NCBI GenBank assembly: GCA_000165425.1
Contig: CT868219.1
Location: 252,728-316,727, forward strand
DNA length: 64,000 nucleotides
Direction of reading: 5' to 3'
Origin: Paramecium tetraurelia
Taxonomy: Eukaryota
Shown: positions 14,244 through 27,112 of the stretch, piece after piece
Layout of the letters: every line of letters starts with the position of its first letter
Position numbering within the stretch: the stretch's first letter is position 1
The notes under the pieces: generated by a model
What the model was told of the DNA's origin: nothing
Databases searched by the model: none
Seen by the model: the letters and a program-made list of their open reading frames with translations, nothing else
Translations under genes and position numbers: made by a program

Positions 14244-14305
14244 GAAATCAAATAATTAGAAGAATTAATAATTGATGAATGCATAAATTGTAAACAAACT
14301 TTAAA

Positions 14306-16253
14306 TCATTCATTTTGGTTTAGCATTTATTTGATCTAATTATAAAGTTCTTCGTTATCACTAACCACATCATCCTAAATAATGGATGAAATCTAGAATC
14401 TAGGTCTGCTTTCATCATTATATGTTTCCATCTTGCCAATAATTAGGAATCTATATTATTAAAAACTTGCCCTTTTGATTATTTCATCTTATTAATTTTT
14501 CTCCTTGGCTTTAAATTCATCACAGGACAGTTCTAAAATATAAATGAATGAAATACTTAAAATTGATTATCCTTAATCATTAGACACGCTAACAGGCAGA
14601 TTTCCAGTAGTATCAGCAATTTTAGCATTAAAGATATACTTGTAACTAGGTTTATTGAAGTTTTGATTGCAATTTTAGCAAAAGAATTGTTTTGTTGATT
14701 ATACCAAAACGACTTTTCTTTTACAGATATCACATCCTTCATAATAAAGAAGTTTGGTAAATATTGTGGTAATATAGGCCCTGACTTCATAAAATTTGGT
14801 TAGCTTATTGTTTCTTTATCCTTCAAAATCCTTTTTAATTTATTCAATGTATGATAAGGCAAACTTCTTTTTTGATTCCTTTGGTTTAGATTCTATAAAA
14901 TCCTTATTTTGACTATAAAAATCATAAAAATCTTGGAATCCATTTATTTTCTATAATTTAGTTAAATCCTTTTCATAAGTAGTTGAATTTGTGACTGTTA
15001 AACTTCTGATCGTTTAGTAATCAGTCACCTTAAGTCCTCTAAATGCAACGATTTCATCTTTTTAAAATTGCCATTTCTCAGCTTATGCTCCCCAAAGAAC
15101 AATATCAATTCCTCTTTAAGTTTGATCAAATAAGGTTATATTTTTCTTAGCCTTATTTTCATTTGATTTAGTTGTAACTTGTGTTAAAGGTTTAACTTCT
15201 GTAATTACTCCAAGAATATCGCATTTATCATCTTAAGACAAATTATCAATATCTCCTATTTATTTAATTTAGAATGGAAAAGCATCTATTTCTTTATCTT
15301 CTAAGGCTTCAGATATTTTGGAAGCTTCCTCAAAATGAATTTAATATTCGCTCTAATTTTAATTTTTGCTTGAATATCTATTTGTTTTGACTTACCCATT
15401 TTCAAAATAATAAACCTTTCCCAAATCTATTAAATCATAAAACTTATCACACTAATTATTAAAGAATACTCCCTAAATAGTTGATTTTTCTGAGTCGATA
15501 ATTTCAATGGAAAATAATTATCCCTTTCCACTTTTAAATTAGGTTTTATCTGATTTGGAGGTAATTCTTCCTTTGATTTTGAATCCTCTCATTCCAGGAT
15601 AAAGCTCTGTTATTTTCAATAGATTTTAATCAGAAGGTGCATATTCAGTTTTATGTTCAATTTTTTAAATTGCCGGTCTAGATTATTATTGCTTTTATTA
15701 AATTGAGAGTTTAACTGCAGATTTACCTTGCTATTGATCGGCATTAACATTTTCGTTGGTCTACTTTTATTGTTATTGTAAAATGGATTATTTTTTATTA
15801 GAATTTAATTGGAGAGTATGAGGCGCTTTTGCAAATTGAATTTCTGTGTTTCCATTTGGATTTGTGTAATTCTAAGAATGCAAATTAAATTAATACCAAT
15901 CTCTTGAATTCTTCATAATCTAAGGGCTATCCGACTTGACCCTTATCTTAATAAATGATTTCATGTTTGGTAACAATATAAAATGATGAATTCATCTTCA
16001 ATTCTGAGATCCTAATAATTGGTTTAGTTTTTGAGATATTAGTTAAAATGGATGGGCTTAAATTGAGAAAATGCATAGTCATTTTAGCAAATCCATCGCT
16101 GCATGTGCATAGTGATAAACTTCCAGCCTTTGTTACCAAGTCACTCTTTTCTTCTGCATGTAAAATTTAAACACAATATTGTAATGTACCATTTTGGGTT
16201 TCTACTATGCTTTTTAATGCTCCGTGTGTCAAATGGGTAACTTTTTCCGCCAT
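14306..16253 (-). CDS. RPA1: Replication protein A 70 kDa subunit (RPA1-like)
   Basis: N-terminal OB fold (LTHGAL..CSDG), OB-A KIKGRITSKSD..GQLFSIEIIDS..FFNNQCDKFYD, OB-B DILGVITEV..IVLWG, zinc ribbon CDICKRKV..FCQNC, YIFNAKIADTTG. Confidence 0.9.
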
Positions 16254-16348
16254 ATTATTTTACTATTATTAGTTTAATTTCTGAATTTTGGTTCTAAACT
16301 ATCCCGCCTTTATTTTTTATAAAAAAAGATTTAATCACATAGATAATA

Positions 16349-17714
16349 TCAAATTTTACATGTATATTATAACATTTTTTCATCAAATCTTACGTTTTCA
16401 TTAAATATCAGATAGTCAACCAAATTAGCAAGGTCATCTACTTTAGCAGTCTCGCTTTCATGATTGTCATACTGCAGTAATCCACAACATTCTAGCATCT
16501 CAGTCATACTGGGATCTTTTAAAGAAGTCTTAGATCTTAAAGATTTTGGAAATACTGAATTTAATATTTTTGATACCTTTCTTAATATTGATATAGTAAG
16601 TAAAATTTCTAACAAGTTTGATATTTTTTCTTTATGCTTCCTTCTTCAAAATCAGTAAATCAAAGTCCCCTTTTGTGATTATACAAAATCTTCCTAACTC
16701 CTTAAAGATATCAGTCAATTAATTTATAGCTTATTAAAGAGAAATTCCATTGTTAATTTAAAACTGTTTAATTCCTGTTTGTTTAGTACAAAATTCACTA
16801 ATGATAGGATTGTCAACAGGTTTTATATACTTTTAGAAGTTTCGAACTATTTTTCTCTAATCAATATCATAAACTTTAGCTGATATCTCAATAATTTCTT
16901 GATTGTAATTTTATCTATTATCTTCAATACAAGACACTTAAATATCAAATAGAATTAAATTTGTAAACCCTTACAATCTATACTATTCTTCAGGAATTGG
17001 AAATTACAATTGTTATAACATCTAAGTTTAGAATGTATATGACCTTTTCAACAATTCTATAACTACTGATGTCAATGCAAATTATTAAGCTATGAATTAG
17101 ATGTATTATTTACATGAAAATGGAATTTTAAGCCATCTCAACATATCATTCATAGTTAACTATGGTTTTTGAAATGGGAAAACACTTTTTAATTCAATGT
17201 ATTGTTTGATTGGACATTAAAGATTGTTTTATTTCGAAGCATTCAAAAACATTTGGGCTTTGGCTCTATTTTCAAAAATGACTAAATCCATATCGTTCAA
17301 GTATTGAAAGGTACTTTCAAATAAAACTCCGTCATTAGCTTATTCTTATGTTACAGACTAAAATTATGGACTTTGAATTTGAGGAACAGTCAGAGGTCTG
17401 ATTATGAATTCTTTCTTAAAGTACTCATTATCATCAATCTCTTTTGTCGAAATTTTAGAGATTTTCAATTTGATGATTTCCTGTTTGTGTCTATCCTAAT
17501 TGCATTCCATTTCGATTATTCCAATTGTCTAAAATTGTTCTTAATAGTTTAACTCATCTTAATTGATACATAAAATAATACAATTGGTATTCATCGATCT
17601 ACAAAACTATTCTTTAGGGGTTTGACAGCCTGGGCATTATTTTATGAAATAATCGCTAACCCTATCGCAAATCATGCATTACCATGGATATTGGCAATTT
17701 TCTGAGCAAATCAT
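16349..17714 (-). CDS. Tandem ERI1-like DEDDh exonuclease-domain protein, catalytically degenerate
   Basis: C-terminal domain LILFDIQVSC..QEIIEISA..YIKPVDNPIISEFCTKQTGI..NNGISL..ITKGDFDL..YINIKKVF..EML; the N-terminal half holds a second, weaker copy (QEII..IIRP..VTQEQANDGVLF..YIELKSVFP..DML). Confidence 0.7.
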
Positions 17715-18676
17715 CAAATAGATTAAAGTATATTTAAAAACAAAATTTACATTATTCTGTTTTAATATCAGTTGAGTGATATATTTAATCAAAAAAATAG
17801 CGTATTATTTATTACACACAAAGCTAATTGTAGTTTAATCAAATTACGCTATTTTATTTTAATATAAAGTCTTTTTAGATAATTTACTTAAATTTATACA
17901 CTAGTATAAGTTTATATAAATTATCCATCTGAAAATTTAATTGCAGCATATTCTTATATCTGATGATTAATTTTATGATTTTAAAAGGTATAAAGTAAAT
18001 TAGATTTAATTTGAAACAACTGTTAAGCCTTAGTTGATGGCTAATCATTAATTTTTATTGTCAATAGGATTAAAATGATAATTGTCCAGAAGGTTTCGAT
18101 CAATATTTTGTTAATTCCTTTTGGATAATCTGATATATCTAATTAGTAGTTTACAATTTGTATGATCAATCTCACAGAACTATAGATTAATTTAGATTAT
18201 TGTCTATCAATTATTTGATACGATTTATAAATAAAATAGATTATTTTTATAAATAGCTAGTTTTATTCTAGTGTAATTTAATTTGGAAAGGAATTGAATA
18301 TCAATTTGCATGCTATAGGTATATAATAATTTTTGATTTAGGCATCAACAAGGTAAATAGCATTCTAATTAAGAGATTAAAAATATGTTTATCAGAAATT
18401 ACATTTATTGGAATATATTTTGAGGTTATAAATAATGATTTAATAATTTTGACTTTAGGAGCCATAAATTTTAAAGGCATCTATTACAAATTGTATCTAC
18501 ATATATAATAAATAATAAAAATAAGGTAAGCTAAACTATTTCAAATGAGAAAAATATTTATTTAATTAAGATCCAAGAACCTCTTTGGATTTCATAGACT
18601 TATTTAAAAATAAAATGGTTCAATTTAATTTAATTAAATTTAATAATTTAGTAATTCTTAATTATCACTAACTTTC

Positions 18677-19992
18677 TCATTTGAGAGTAATTGATTTACT
18701 TATATATTCTTGAACTCTATCTGGATAATATCTTAAACAATCATTTGCATCTTTAGGATATTAATCAGCATTCACTGAGGATGGCTATATTATTCTAGTT
18801 TTCCAATGTCCAATCTTAGTTGCTATTTTATGAGAATTAACTCTTCCAAAATCGTCATCATCAACCCAAACTAAGATATTATTCAATTCTTTGTATTCAT
18901 TTATCCTAAATTATAAAAAAATTGTAACCATTCCAATAGAAAGTTAGGGAAGTGAGCTATACCGTAAGGTAAGGAAATAGATGGGATTCCTGTCATTTGA
19001 TAAGCAGCCATGGCATCAAATTCTCCTTCTGTTAAAATAATTTATTTGACATCTTTAGTTAACAAATTTAACCCAAAAATTCCCTTCATAGCATTTTTAG
19101 GCTCTATTTTTTAGATGTATTTATTTTCTTTTCCCATTCCTCTTAATTTACAACTCACTAATTCATAAAGTTAAGAATTGTATTTGGATTGTATATACTA
19201 ATTTTATATATGACTATCATTTTGCTGTTGTAAAGGGAGCAATCTGAACATAGGAAAATAAATAAGAGGGGCCATAACTATTTTTTTAAATTGAGGATCA
19301 AATACTTCATCTTAACCAATGCCTACTAAATATTTATTCAAGACTTCATCTTTGATACCTCTTTGATTCTAGATATAAATATACATCATAAACCTATTCC
19401 CAATTATTTCCAACTAAATACTCATATATAAATTTTGGCTACTGCAGTTTCATTCTTTAATAATGCAAATGAAATTGAAATAGTTCATATTTTTAGTCAA
19501 AGGTTCCAACATCTTCTTAATTATTCTACTTAGGTATAGCATGAATTGGGCCATCAACAATCATTTTAGGATCATTATGAGTCATTTATTGCAAAAAGTC
19601 TTTCCATTATCCTTTTGATTAACAACTGGATCTAAAACAATTATACATTCCACTAATTCATTTCATCAAAGTATTTACTTTTTTAAATTTATGCCCATTG
19701 TGTATTGATTGGAAAGCTCATCAAAATTTCTTTTACTGCAGAATGGGCAAAACTATAATTGAGCATATGATCTCTAAACACGATATGTAATTTTATTGTT
19801 TTTGAGAAACGATATGATTTCCTCATGAGTAATTATCATTTTAGATGATTCATTTGATTCTTAATTTTTTGCAATAAATCTATTTGATCTAAAACCATAA
19901 GTAATTTTATTGGTTGAACAACTTAAGAATACTCCTTATTTAAATGATTTTGTGGATATCTTCTAAAATTATTGTGATAGCTTTTTTAACAT
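18677..19992 (-). CDS. Twinkle/T7 gp4-type primase (zinc-binding + TOPRIM domains) without a helicase domain, probably mitochondrial
   Basis: Basic N-terminal extension, CPFC...GMYNCFRSSC zinc motif, RGI, YFPM, KLRG, IFGL, LTEGEFDAMA, WVDDDDFG, PKDANDCL, then stop 18 codons later. Confidence 0.85.
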
Positions 19993-20275
19993 AAATAATT
20001 TATAATCTAAAATTTATATTAATCTCGTTGTTATTAATTAATATAATTAGGACTCCTTTATGAAATTAATTTATCTTTTTGTATTTGCATAATTGTGCTA
20101 ATATTAATAATATCAAAACAAAATTTTAGTATTAAGGATATGACCATTCCTTACATAGACTATTCAATCCCTTATTGTTATCTGAAATACTCACAGAATT
20201 TATATTATTTGTTTCAGAACTATTCACATTTAATTAATTAAAGAAATCTTTTTATTTAAAAATATAATTATTATT

Positions 20276-20624
20276 ATGGCAAATTAGGCAACAGCAGTAG
20301 CATATGCAGCTCTTTTATTGGCTGGATCCAAAACTCCATTCACAGTTGAAAATGTTGAAAAACTCACCAAGAAAGTATTCATTAATTGAAATATTTTTAC
20401 AGGCTGGTGTGAATGTTTCATCATAATTGGCAACCTAATTCGTCAAAGCTTTTGAAGGAAAAGACATCATTAGCCTTCTTTCAGTCGGAGGAGGTTAAGG
20501 CTCAGCACCAGCTGCTTAACCAGCTTAAGCTGCTGCCAAACCAACAGAAGCACCTAAAGCAGCTGAAAAACCAAAGGACCCAGAACCTGAAGAAGATGTC
20601 GATATGGGAGGTTTGTTTGATTGA
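20276..20624 (+). CDS. RPLP1: 60S acidic ribosomal protein P1
   Basis: AVAYAALLL..TVENVEKLTKKAGVNV, Ala/Pro-rich hinge, C-terminal EEDVDMGGLFD*; one intron near 20375-20402. Confidence 0.92.
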
Positions 20625-21285
20625 GATAAATTTACAATAGTACATTAAAATATATTAGACTTGCAAATTATAAAGGGCATTTTCTTTCATTTTATACAAA
20701 TTAAAGAATTCATTTTGATTATTTTTTTATCTAATTATGCATTTTCTACTATCTCAAAATAGAATTTAGAGTTTGAAATCAATTTAGCACTTGGATATGA
20801 AAATATCATAGAGGAAACTCTACTAAAATACTTACTAATCTATGCTTATATTACATCTTTTTAATATTTAATGTTGTTAAGACTATCTAAATTGAAATAA
20901 ATTTGATTAATTTTATTAAATAGGGTTTAAGACAAATTTATAAGATATTTTAGTGGGTCATTACCTCTAATTAGATTTATGCTTTTATTTTTATATGATT
21001 TATAAATTTATATTGAAACGAACCAATAGGATGGTTATCTTTTAACAAAATGTAATTCTGCATTTGCAACATCAAAGGTTCCACATTCTTGAATCAAATA
21101 GAAACAGATTAAGATAAATATTCAAAATATTTCTTTTATTTTTAAAGGTTGAAATAAATATATCTTATTATTGGATCTGCAACTAAACAGGTGGTTTAAA
21201 GATTGATAATAATTATTTAATTTTGCTATAAAAAGAGAATCATAACATATTTCAAATTTAAATTTAAGTAATTTTTAAAATTTGT

Positions 21286-23429
21286 ATGTTGAAATCACTT
21301 AACCAAACCTTGAGAGGATATGATAACTTTGGCGTACCTTTAAGCCTTAATATCAACAAACAATAGGAGTATAAGAGTGTTTGTGGAGGAGTATTGTCAG
21401 TTATGATGACAGTTGTTCTGATCTACATTCTTGTTTCTGGCTTGATTGGTGTATTTAATAGAGATACCTACACAGTAATAATAACAAAAACTATAATAGA
21501 TTGAAGTCTAATAGCTTCAGGACATGGATCCAGACTTAAAGGAAATGAATAGCAATAACTTTATGTTTGCAATTAAACTTGATAATCCGTTTACCGATTA
21601 TTTTCCGAATTTAAATAAGACAGCATTTAACATCTCTATGAATCAAGTTTATATAGAGACAACTTCGAATGGAAAAAGAACCAAAAGAATCACGAAGTCT
21701 TATATGTTGGAGAGTTGTACAACTAATCATTTTCCTTCAATAAATTTTGAAGAATTTCATTAAGTGGAGAATTAGTTAAGCCATTATTTATGTCTCCCAA
21801 AAGATTATTAACTATGGTTATAAGGAACTTATAGCTCAAATATTATGTAATTCCCTAAATTATCGGTCTCGTTATGCAAATCAGAGAATTGCTATTCAGA
21901 TTCTGAAATAATGGAGTTATCTAAGAACGCATCGGTTATGGTTTCTCTTTCAACGATCATTTAATCTGCAATTTTCATGGCCAATTAAACCGATTATCCA
22001 TTATATCAATATTTGAATTCAGATTTCTTTTTGGCAACCAATTTTGATGCAGAATCAACTGCTGACATTTTCTTTGAATCCAATAGAATAGTGAATTAAA
22101 ATAGCATTTTCAGTTTCTATGTAGATGATGAAACAATCGACTATTGGGTTTTCCCAATTTACAGTTACAGAGAAATCAAAGTAATTATTTATTGTATAAA
22201 AGACATTCAATAATGTTCCTAGTTCGTTATTTTCAGTTAATTTTAGATTGAGTTAAGAATTTCAATAGACAACTAAGAAAGTTAATACAATCGATTAGTT
22301 CCTATCATATTTTGGAGGTATGCTTAAAATAATCTCATCTATTTTCGGAATTGTAGCACTTTAATATAATTAAATGGGCCTGAGATTGTCTTTGGCCAAT
22401 TCTCTTTATTAGTTTAATGTACCATAAAAAAAGGATGGCAGAATAGAGTTTTCATATGATAAACTGTTAAGTTATATCTAAAGACAACTTAACAAAGTTG
22501 ATGAAACAATAAATAAACTCAAAAATCATACTATAAATCTTGTTAAAATGAATAAAATAACTAGAGCTATAACTTTAAAACATTAATCCAATCCTACGTA
22601 ATAAAGTGAAAAGAAGAGTTCCATTTTAATTGATTAACCGCTTCATCATGATGATATTCAAAGATAAGCTAGTAGTCTTTTAGAAGTTAAAGAGTCTTTT
22701 TTAAAAGATTTATTCAATGAAATTTTTGAATAAAGAAATAAGTTAAAATTAGGAATCAACTTTTTCTTTTATCAACTACTCTGTTGCACTTGTGTTGAGA
22801 AAATAAGAGTGACTCGTAAGATGCTTCAATAATGTGAGAATGTAATACTGTAAGATTTGGATATTGTGAATATATTGTAGAAATTACAACAAATTGAAAA
22901 ATTGAAATAAGCACTTCTAGAAAAGGATTAAATCAAAGTTTTCAATTATACTCCTAAACCAATTATAAATGTAGAACCCAATTACAAATTCAATCATAAT
23001 CAAGAAGGTGATCCAAATTTCCTGTTTTCCTAGGCTAATAAACATAAACATAATAGGTTGATTAGAAGCAAAAATTATCATAATCCTAAAAAAATGGTTA
23101 AAATCTACAATTCCTACTCAAAATTGAAAGACAGTTCAGAAGTAGTGAATTCTAGAATTATTTATTTAATGGGTCCAGCAATGGAACAAATATTTAACAA
23201 ATATTATGAGGTGTAAACTTATTATGAGCATCATAAAATTCATCAAGAAGCATAGAATTAGGTTGAATAATATCCCCAAATGACAGAGAAACTAATAAGT
23301 GATAATGCCTCTCCTCTACCTTAAACTGAAGACAATGACAAAAAGAATAATTAGTCCAAAGGAAAAATACATCTTCAACTCAAACCTAAAACATTGAATG
23401 AAAACGATAACTAGTTTCTTGATTAATGA
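21286..23429 (+). CDS. Ciliate two-TM protein with a large Cys-containing loop (family copy 1)
   Basis: DNFGVPLSLNINKQQEYKSVCGG + TM1, ESCT..HF..YLCLP..LQGTYS..C..CY, DQFLSYFGG + TM2, C-terminal LDIVNILQKLQQIEKLK..FNYTPKP; 2 introns. Confidence 0.8.
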
Positions 23430-23847
23430 ATTTATATAAATAGACTATTCAACAAAAATAATGTAATACCACAATTTAACTCTAATATAATATAATAAGT
23501 CAATTACAGTGTTGTATCTTATCATAAGCTCTATCTTCATATTGTTAATATTTTATATGTTATTTAATCTTACTTAACTAAAATATAAGAGTAAATGGGT
23601 AAGAAAATATTTTTCAAATAGGCTAAATTTATCAACATAATGCTTAATGAACATTTCATTTAAAAAATTAGTTTAAAATTTAAAAATTGATATGCTCAAT
23701 AACCTCCCACTAATATATTAATAGAAGTGAATAAATGATGGAATATACAAAATTATATTATGTTCCAATTTCAATGGGTACTCATATTCTGTATTATTAT
23801 TTGTTATTAAATTTATCGTTAATATTTTAAAATAATATTTATTGGGT

Positions 23848-24723
23848 ATGCAACAAACTCGATCGCCTTTGTCACCAATTGACTCGAATCAAAATACTTA
23901 TAGATCTCAAGCATCAAAAACCTAAGATATAAACTATTAGATTCAATTCCAAATATCCAAATAGAAACTTTCGACTGTGCCAGATTCTCGCTAAGAAAAT
24001 AATGCTATTTATATGAGTCCCAGAAATACAAAACTCAAAACCTAAACTATTCTCTCACCTAATTGCAGATCCCCCTTAACAACCAGGAAAGAAATAAAAC
24101 CCATTCAGTCTCCTTACAATTTATCGATTCATTCAGCTTAATCACCGGTTAAAATAGGAAATAGTACTGCTCATAAAATAAAACAAGAACTTGACTATTT
24201 TAAATAAAAGAATAGTAATCTTCAGAAACAAATCCTTAATTTGACATCTGAAATCTAGCGTGGTTAATCTAATACTCTAATTAAAGAGTTACAATAGAAA
24301 ATCCAATTATTGACGTAGATGAATGAGAAATTAACTTAGGAGAATAAGGAATTGTAATAAAGAGGAGATAAAAGTCATCTAAAGAAAACTATTGAATCAT
24401 AATTATAATTAATAAAAGAGAATGAGAAAAAATTGAGTGAAATTAAGGAGAACTTACAAAAGTACGAAACCTCCTAACTAGATCTAGGAAAGAACTCTAC
24501 AACTGACTACATAACTCAATTGATTCTTGATCTGGAAGAAAGAGTCCATACCTTGATAGTTGAAAACGCTAACTTAAATAAAGTGTTCAATTAAAGAATT
24601 AAATTATAAGAAAGATTTAACACTTTAGAACTCTAACTGAAATAGGCCTAGGTTTAGTTTCAAAAGGTTAAGGTTGAAGAAAAATTAGTAAAAACGAAAT
24701 ATAATTAAATAAAGAAAAAATGA
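23848..24723 (+). CDS. Hypothetical protein: SP-rich N-terminus plus coiled coil
   Basis: Continuous code-6 ORF MQQTRSPLSPIDSN... to TGA at 24721. Confidence 0.7.
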
Positions 24724-24771
24724 AGTTTTATGAATCTGTTTTTATAATTTATATAAAGTTATATAATAAGA

Positions 24772-25098
24772 ATGAATAGTGAACCAAAACCATAGACTCA
24801 TTAGGCCAAAGCAAGATTAAAGGCTGCTAGATCTATTTTTGAATTAGCTGATGTTAATAAGGATGGTTTCATCACTTTTGATGAAGTATTATTTTGATGT
24901 CTCATAAAGGTTCCAAAATTGTTAATTGAAACAAACAAGTTGATTACAGATGAGAAGTATGTGCCTACAAAAGAGGAAATAGATTGCTGGATTAATATGA
25001 CCGATTTAAATAAGGATAAAAAGGTTAGTATCCATGAATTTGAAGTTTTAATATTAAAAGCTCTTCAAGCATAAGGAATTGATTTAGATGGACAATGA
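24772..25098 (+). CDS. Small two-EF-hand calcium-binding protein
   Basis: DVNKDGFITFDE and DLNKDKKVSIHE loops; one 24 nt intron. Confidence 0.85.
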
Positions 25099-25364
25099 TT
25101 ATGTTATACATGATTTATATATATGATAATTTGTATTCAGAGATTAACCGCTATTGAACATTCATTACTAAGAATTATCTGCAAAATTAGAAAGACTTCG
25201 TTCATTGATCAATTCAATTATTGAGAAGTTGAGATACTTTGATTTATGTTATGATGACATTTTTGTCAATTTATTTGGGCGTGTAAAGTATATGAATTAA
25301 TTAAATATTAAGGCTTGTTTTTTCTTTTATTTTCAAAAAATATATTAAAAGATTTTCATTAACA

Positions 25365-26246
25365 ATGGTAAATTTGATTGTGATAATTCTTTTAGCCAAA
25401 TAGCTCCAAAGACATCCAAGGCTAAGAAGGTTTAAAAGAAAGTATGCAGACAGAAAGAAGAATCCCCTCTTTGTTAAAGACGCCAAAAAACTTCAGAATT
25501 GGAAATGATGTCCAACCAAAGAGAGATTTATCAAGATATGTCAGATGGCCTCGTTACATTCTTTTACATAGACAAAAAAAGATTTTATTGCAAAGAATTA
25601 AAGTGCCAGCAGCCATTCATTAATTCAGCAAAACACTCGACAAAAATCAAAGTAATGTGTATATATTAATGTTAGGTTCAAAGGTCTATGCCCTTTTGAA
25701 GAAATATGCCCCAGAAACCAAAACTGAAAAGAAATAAAGATTAGTCAAGGCTGCTGAATCCAAGGCATAAAACTAGAAGACAGATAGCAAGAAAGTGACT
25801 GTTCTTAAATTCGGATTGAATCATGTTACTACTTTGGTTGAAACTAAGAAAGCCAAATTAGTTTTGATTGCTTATGATGTCGATCCAATCGAATTAGTTG
25901 TTTGGCTTCCACAATTATGTAGACGTTAAGAAGTCCCATTTGCCTTTGTTAAAAGTACATAAATATACAATTATAAAAGACAAGGCCAGATTGGGAGCAT
26001 TGGTTCACTAAAAGACTGCAACTTGCGTAGCTTTGACCGACGTCAGAAAAGAAGACTAAGCAGAATTCGACAACTTAGTAATCAACTAAAATATTCTAGG
26101 CTCGTGATTTGAGATAACACTACAATGAAAATCATGAATTGTTAAGAACTATCGGAGGTGGTTAAGTAGGAATTAAATCAAGACATCAATAAGAAGCCAT
26201 AAAGAAGGCATTTGAATTGGAAGAACTTAAGAAAACAAGTTAATGA
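25365..26246 (+). CDS. RPL7A: 60S ribosomal protein L7a (eL8)
   Basis: [72 protein letters not shown]; 4 introns, the first directly after the ATG; anomalous N-terminus (see findings). Confidence 0.93.
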
Positions 26247-26412
26247 TCAAACATATCAAAATATAATATAAAATAAGAGAATTGTTGATAATTCTTCCTA
26301 TAAGTCTCTTTGAGAATCAGTTTATCTTAGTTATGATCATTTTTAAGGATTAATTATCATCCTAAAAGAGAATACAAATGAAAACAAATAAAAATATATT
26401 AGATGATATAGA

Positions 26413-27102
26413 TCACGCAGATGAAGAATCTGAATCTGTCATAACCTTTTTATATCTCCTTTTTTATTCAATCTCATCATCAAAAGCCTCTTCGAGTTCT
26501 CCATTCTCAATTTTGCTTAATTTCCTCAATATGTCTTTTTTCAAAGCACATAGATTGTTTATCTTTTCAACTGTAGTAAAATTGCCTTCCATAATTTCGT
26601 CGTGTGAAAGAAAGGAAGTTTATGAATTAACATGATATCTAGGTAATTTAATTAAAGCAATGTCAGCAATACTTATGCCAAACTAGAAAATAAATAGAGA
26701 ATACATTCTTTTTGTTTTCAGCTATTCTCTTCTTCCTTTCCTCCTATGTCATATTATCTCCTGTGTTAATGATTGAGTTGTTTTTTCTGAATACATTCTT
26801 TTTCTGCATATTATGTAAATACACTTTTTTGAGGTCAACCTACAAACCCATGAATTCACCCAAACTCTATTATCCCAATAATCTTTAAGTTTGCATGTAT
26901 ATCTATCCTATGCTCTTACCTGGTAAACACTCAGAGTTTATGATTTTCCGCCATTTTCCAATGCCGAACTTCATAAGCGCCAAGTTCAGAATCTCCACTT
27001 CTTTCATTGTCCAACCTTGAATGTTTAAGATGTGCAAGTACCTGGTGATAATGTATAATTCCAAAGACTTTATGACTAATGATGTACAATTTATTTAGAC
27101 AT
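26413..27102 (-). CDS. p1 subunit of the ciliate MTA1c DNA N6-adenine methyltransferase complex (Myb/homeobox-like)
   Basis: QSQSLWNYTLSPGWTMKEVEILNLALMKFGIGKWRKIINSECLPGKSIGQIYMQTQRLLGQQSLGEFMGLQVDL..RKNNSIINTGDN closely matches the Tetrahymena p1 sequence as I recall it; 2 introns. Confidence 0.85.
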
Positions 27103-27112
27103 TAAAATTAAT

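Noticed and set aside
14306..19992. RPA1, exonuclease-like and primase genes as a functional replication cluster or viral/mobile island
   Set aside because: All have host-type micro-introns and code-6 usage, there are no terminal repeats, integrase or capsid genes, and the products likely act in different compartments; adjacency is probably chance
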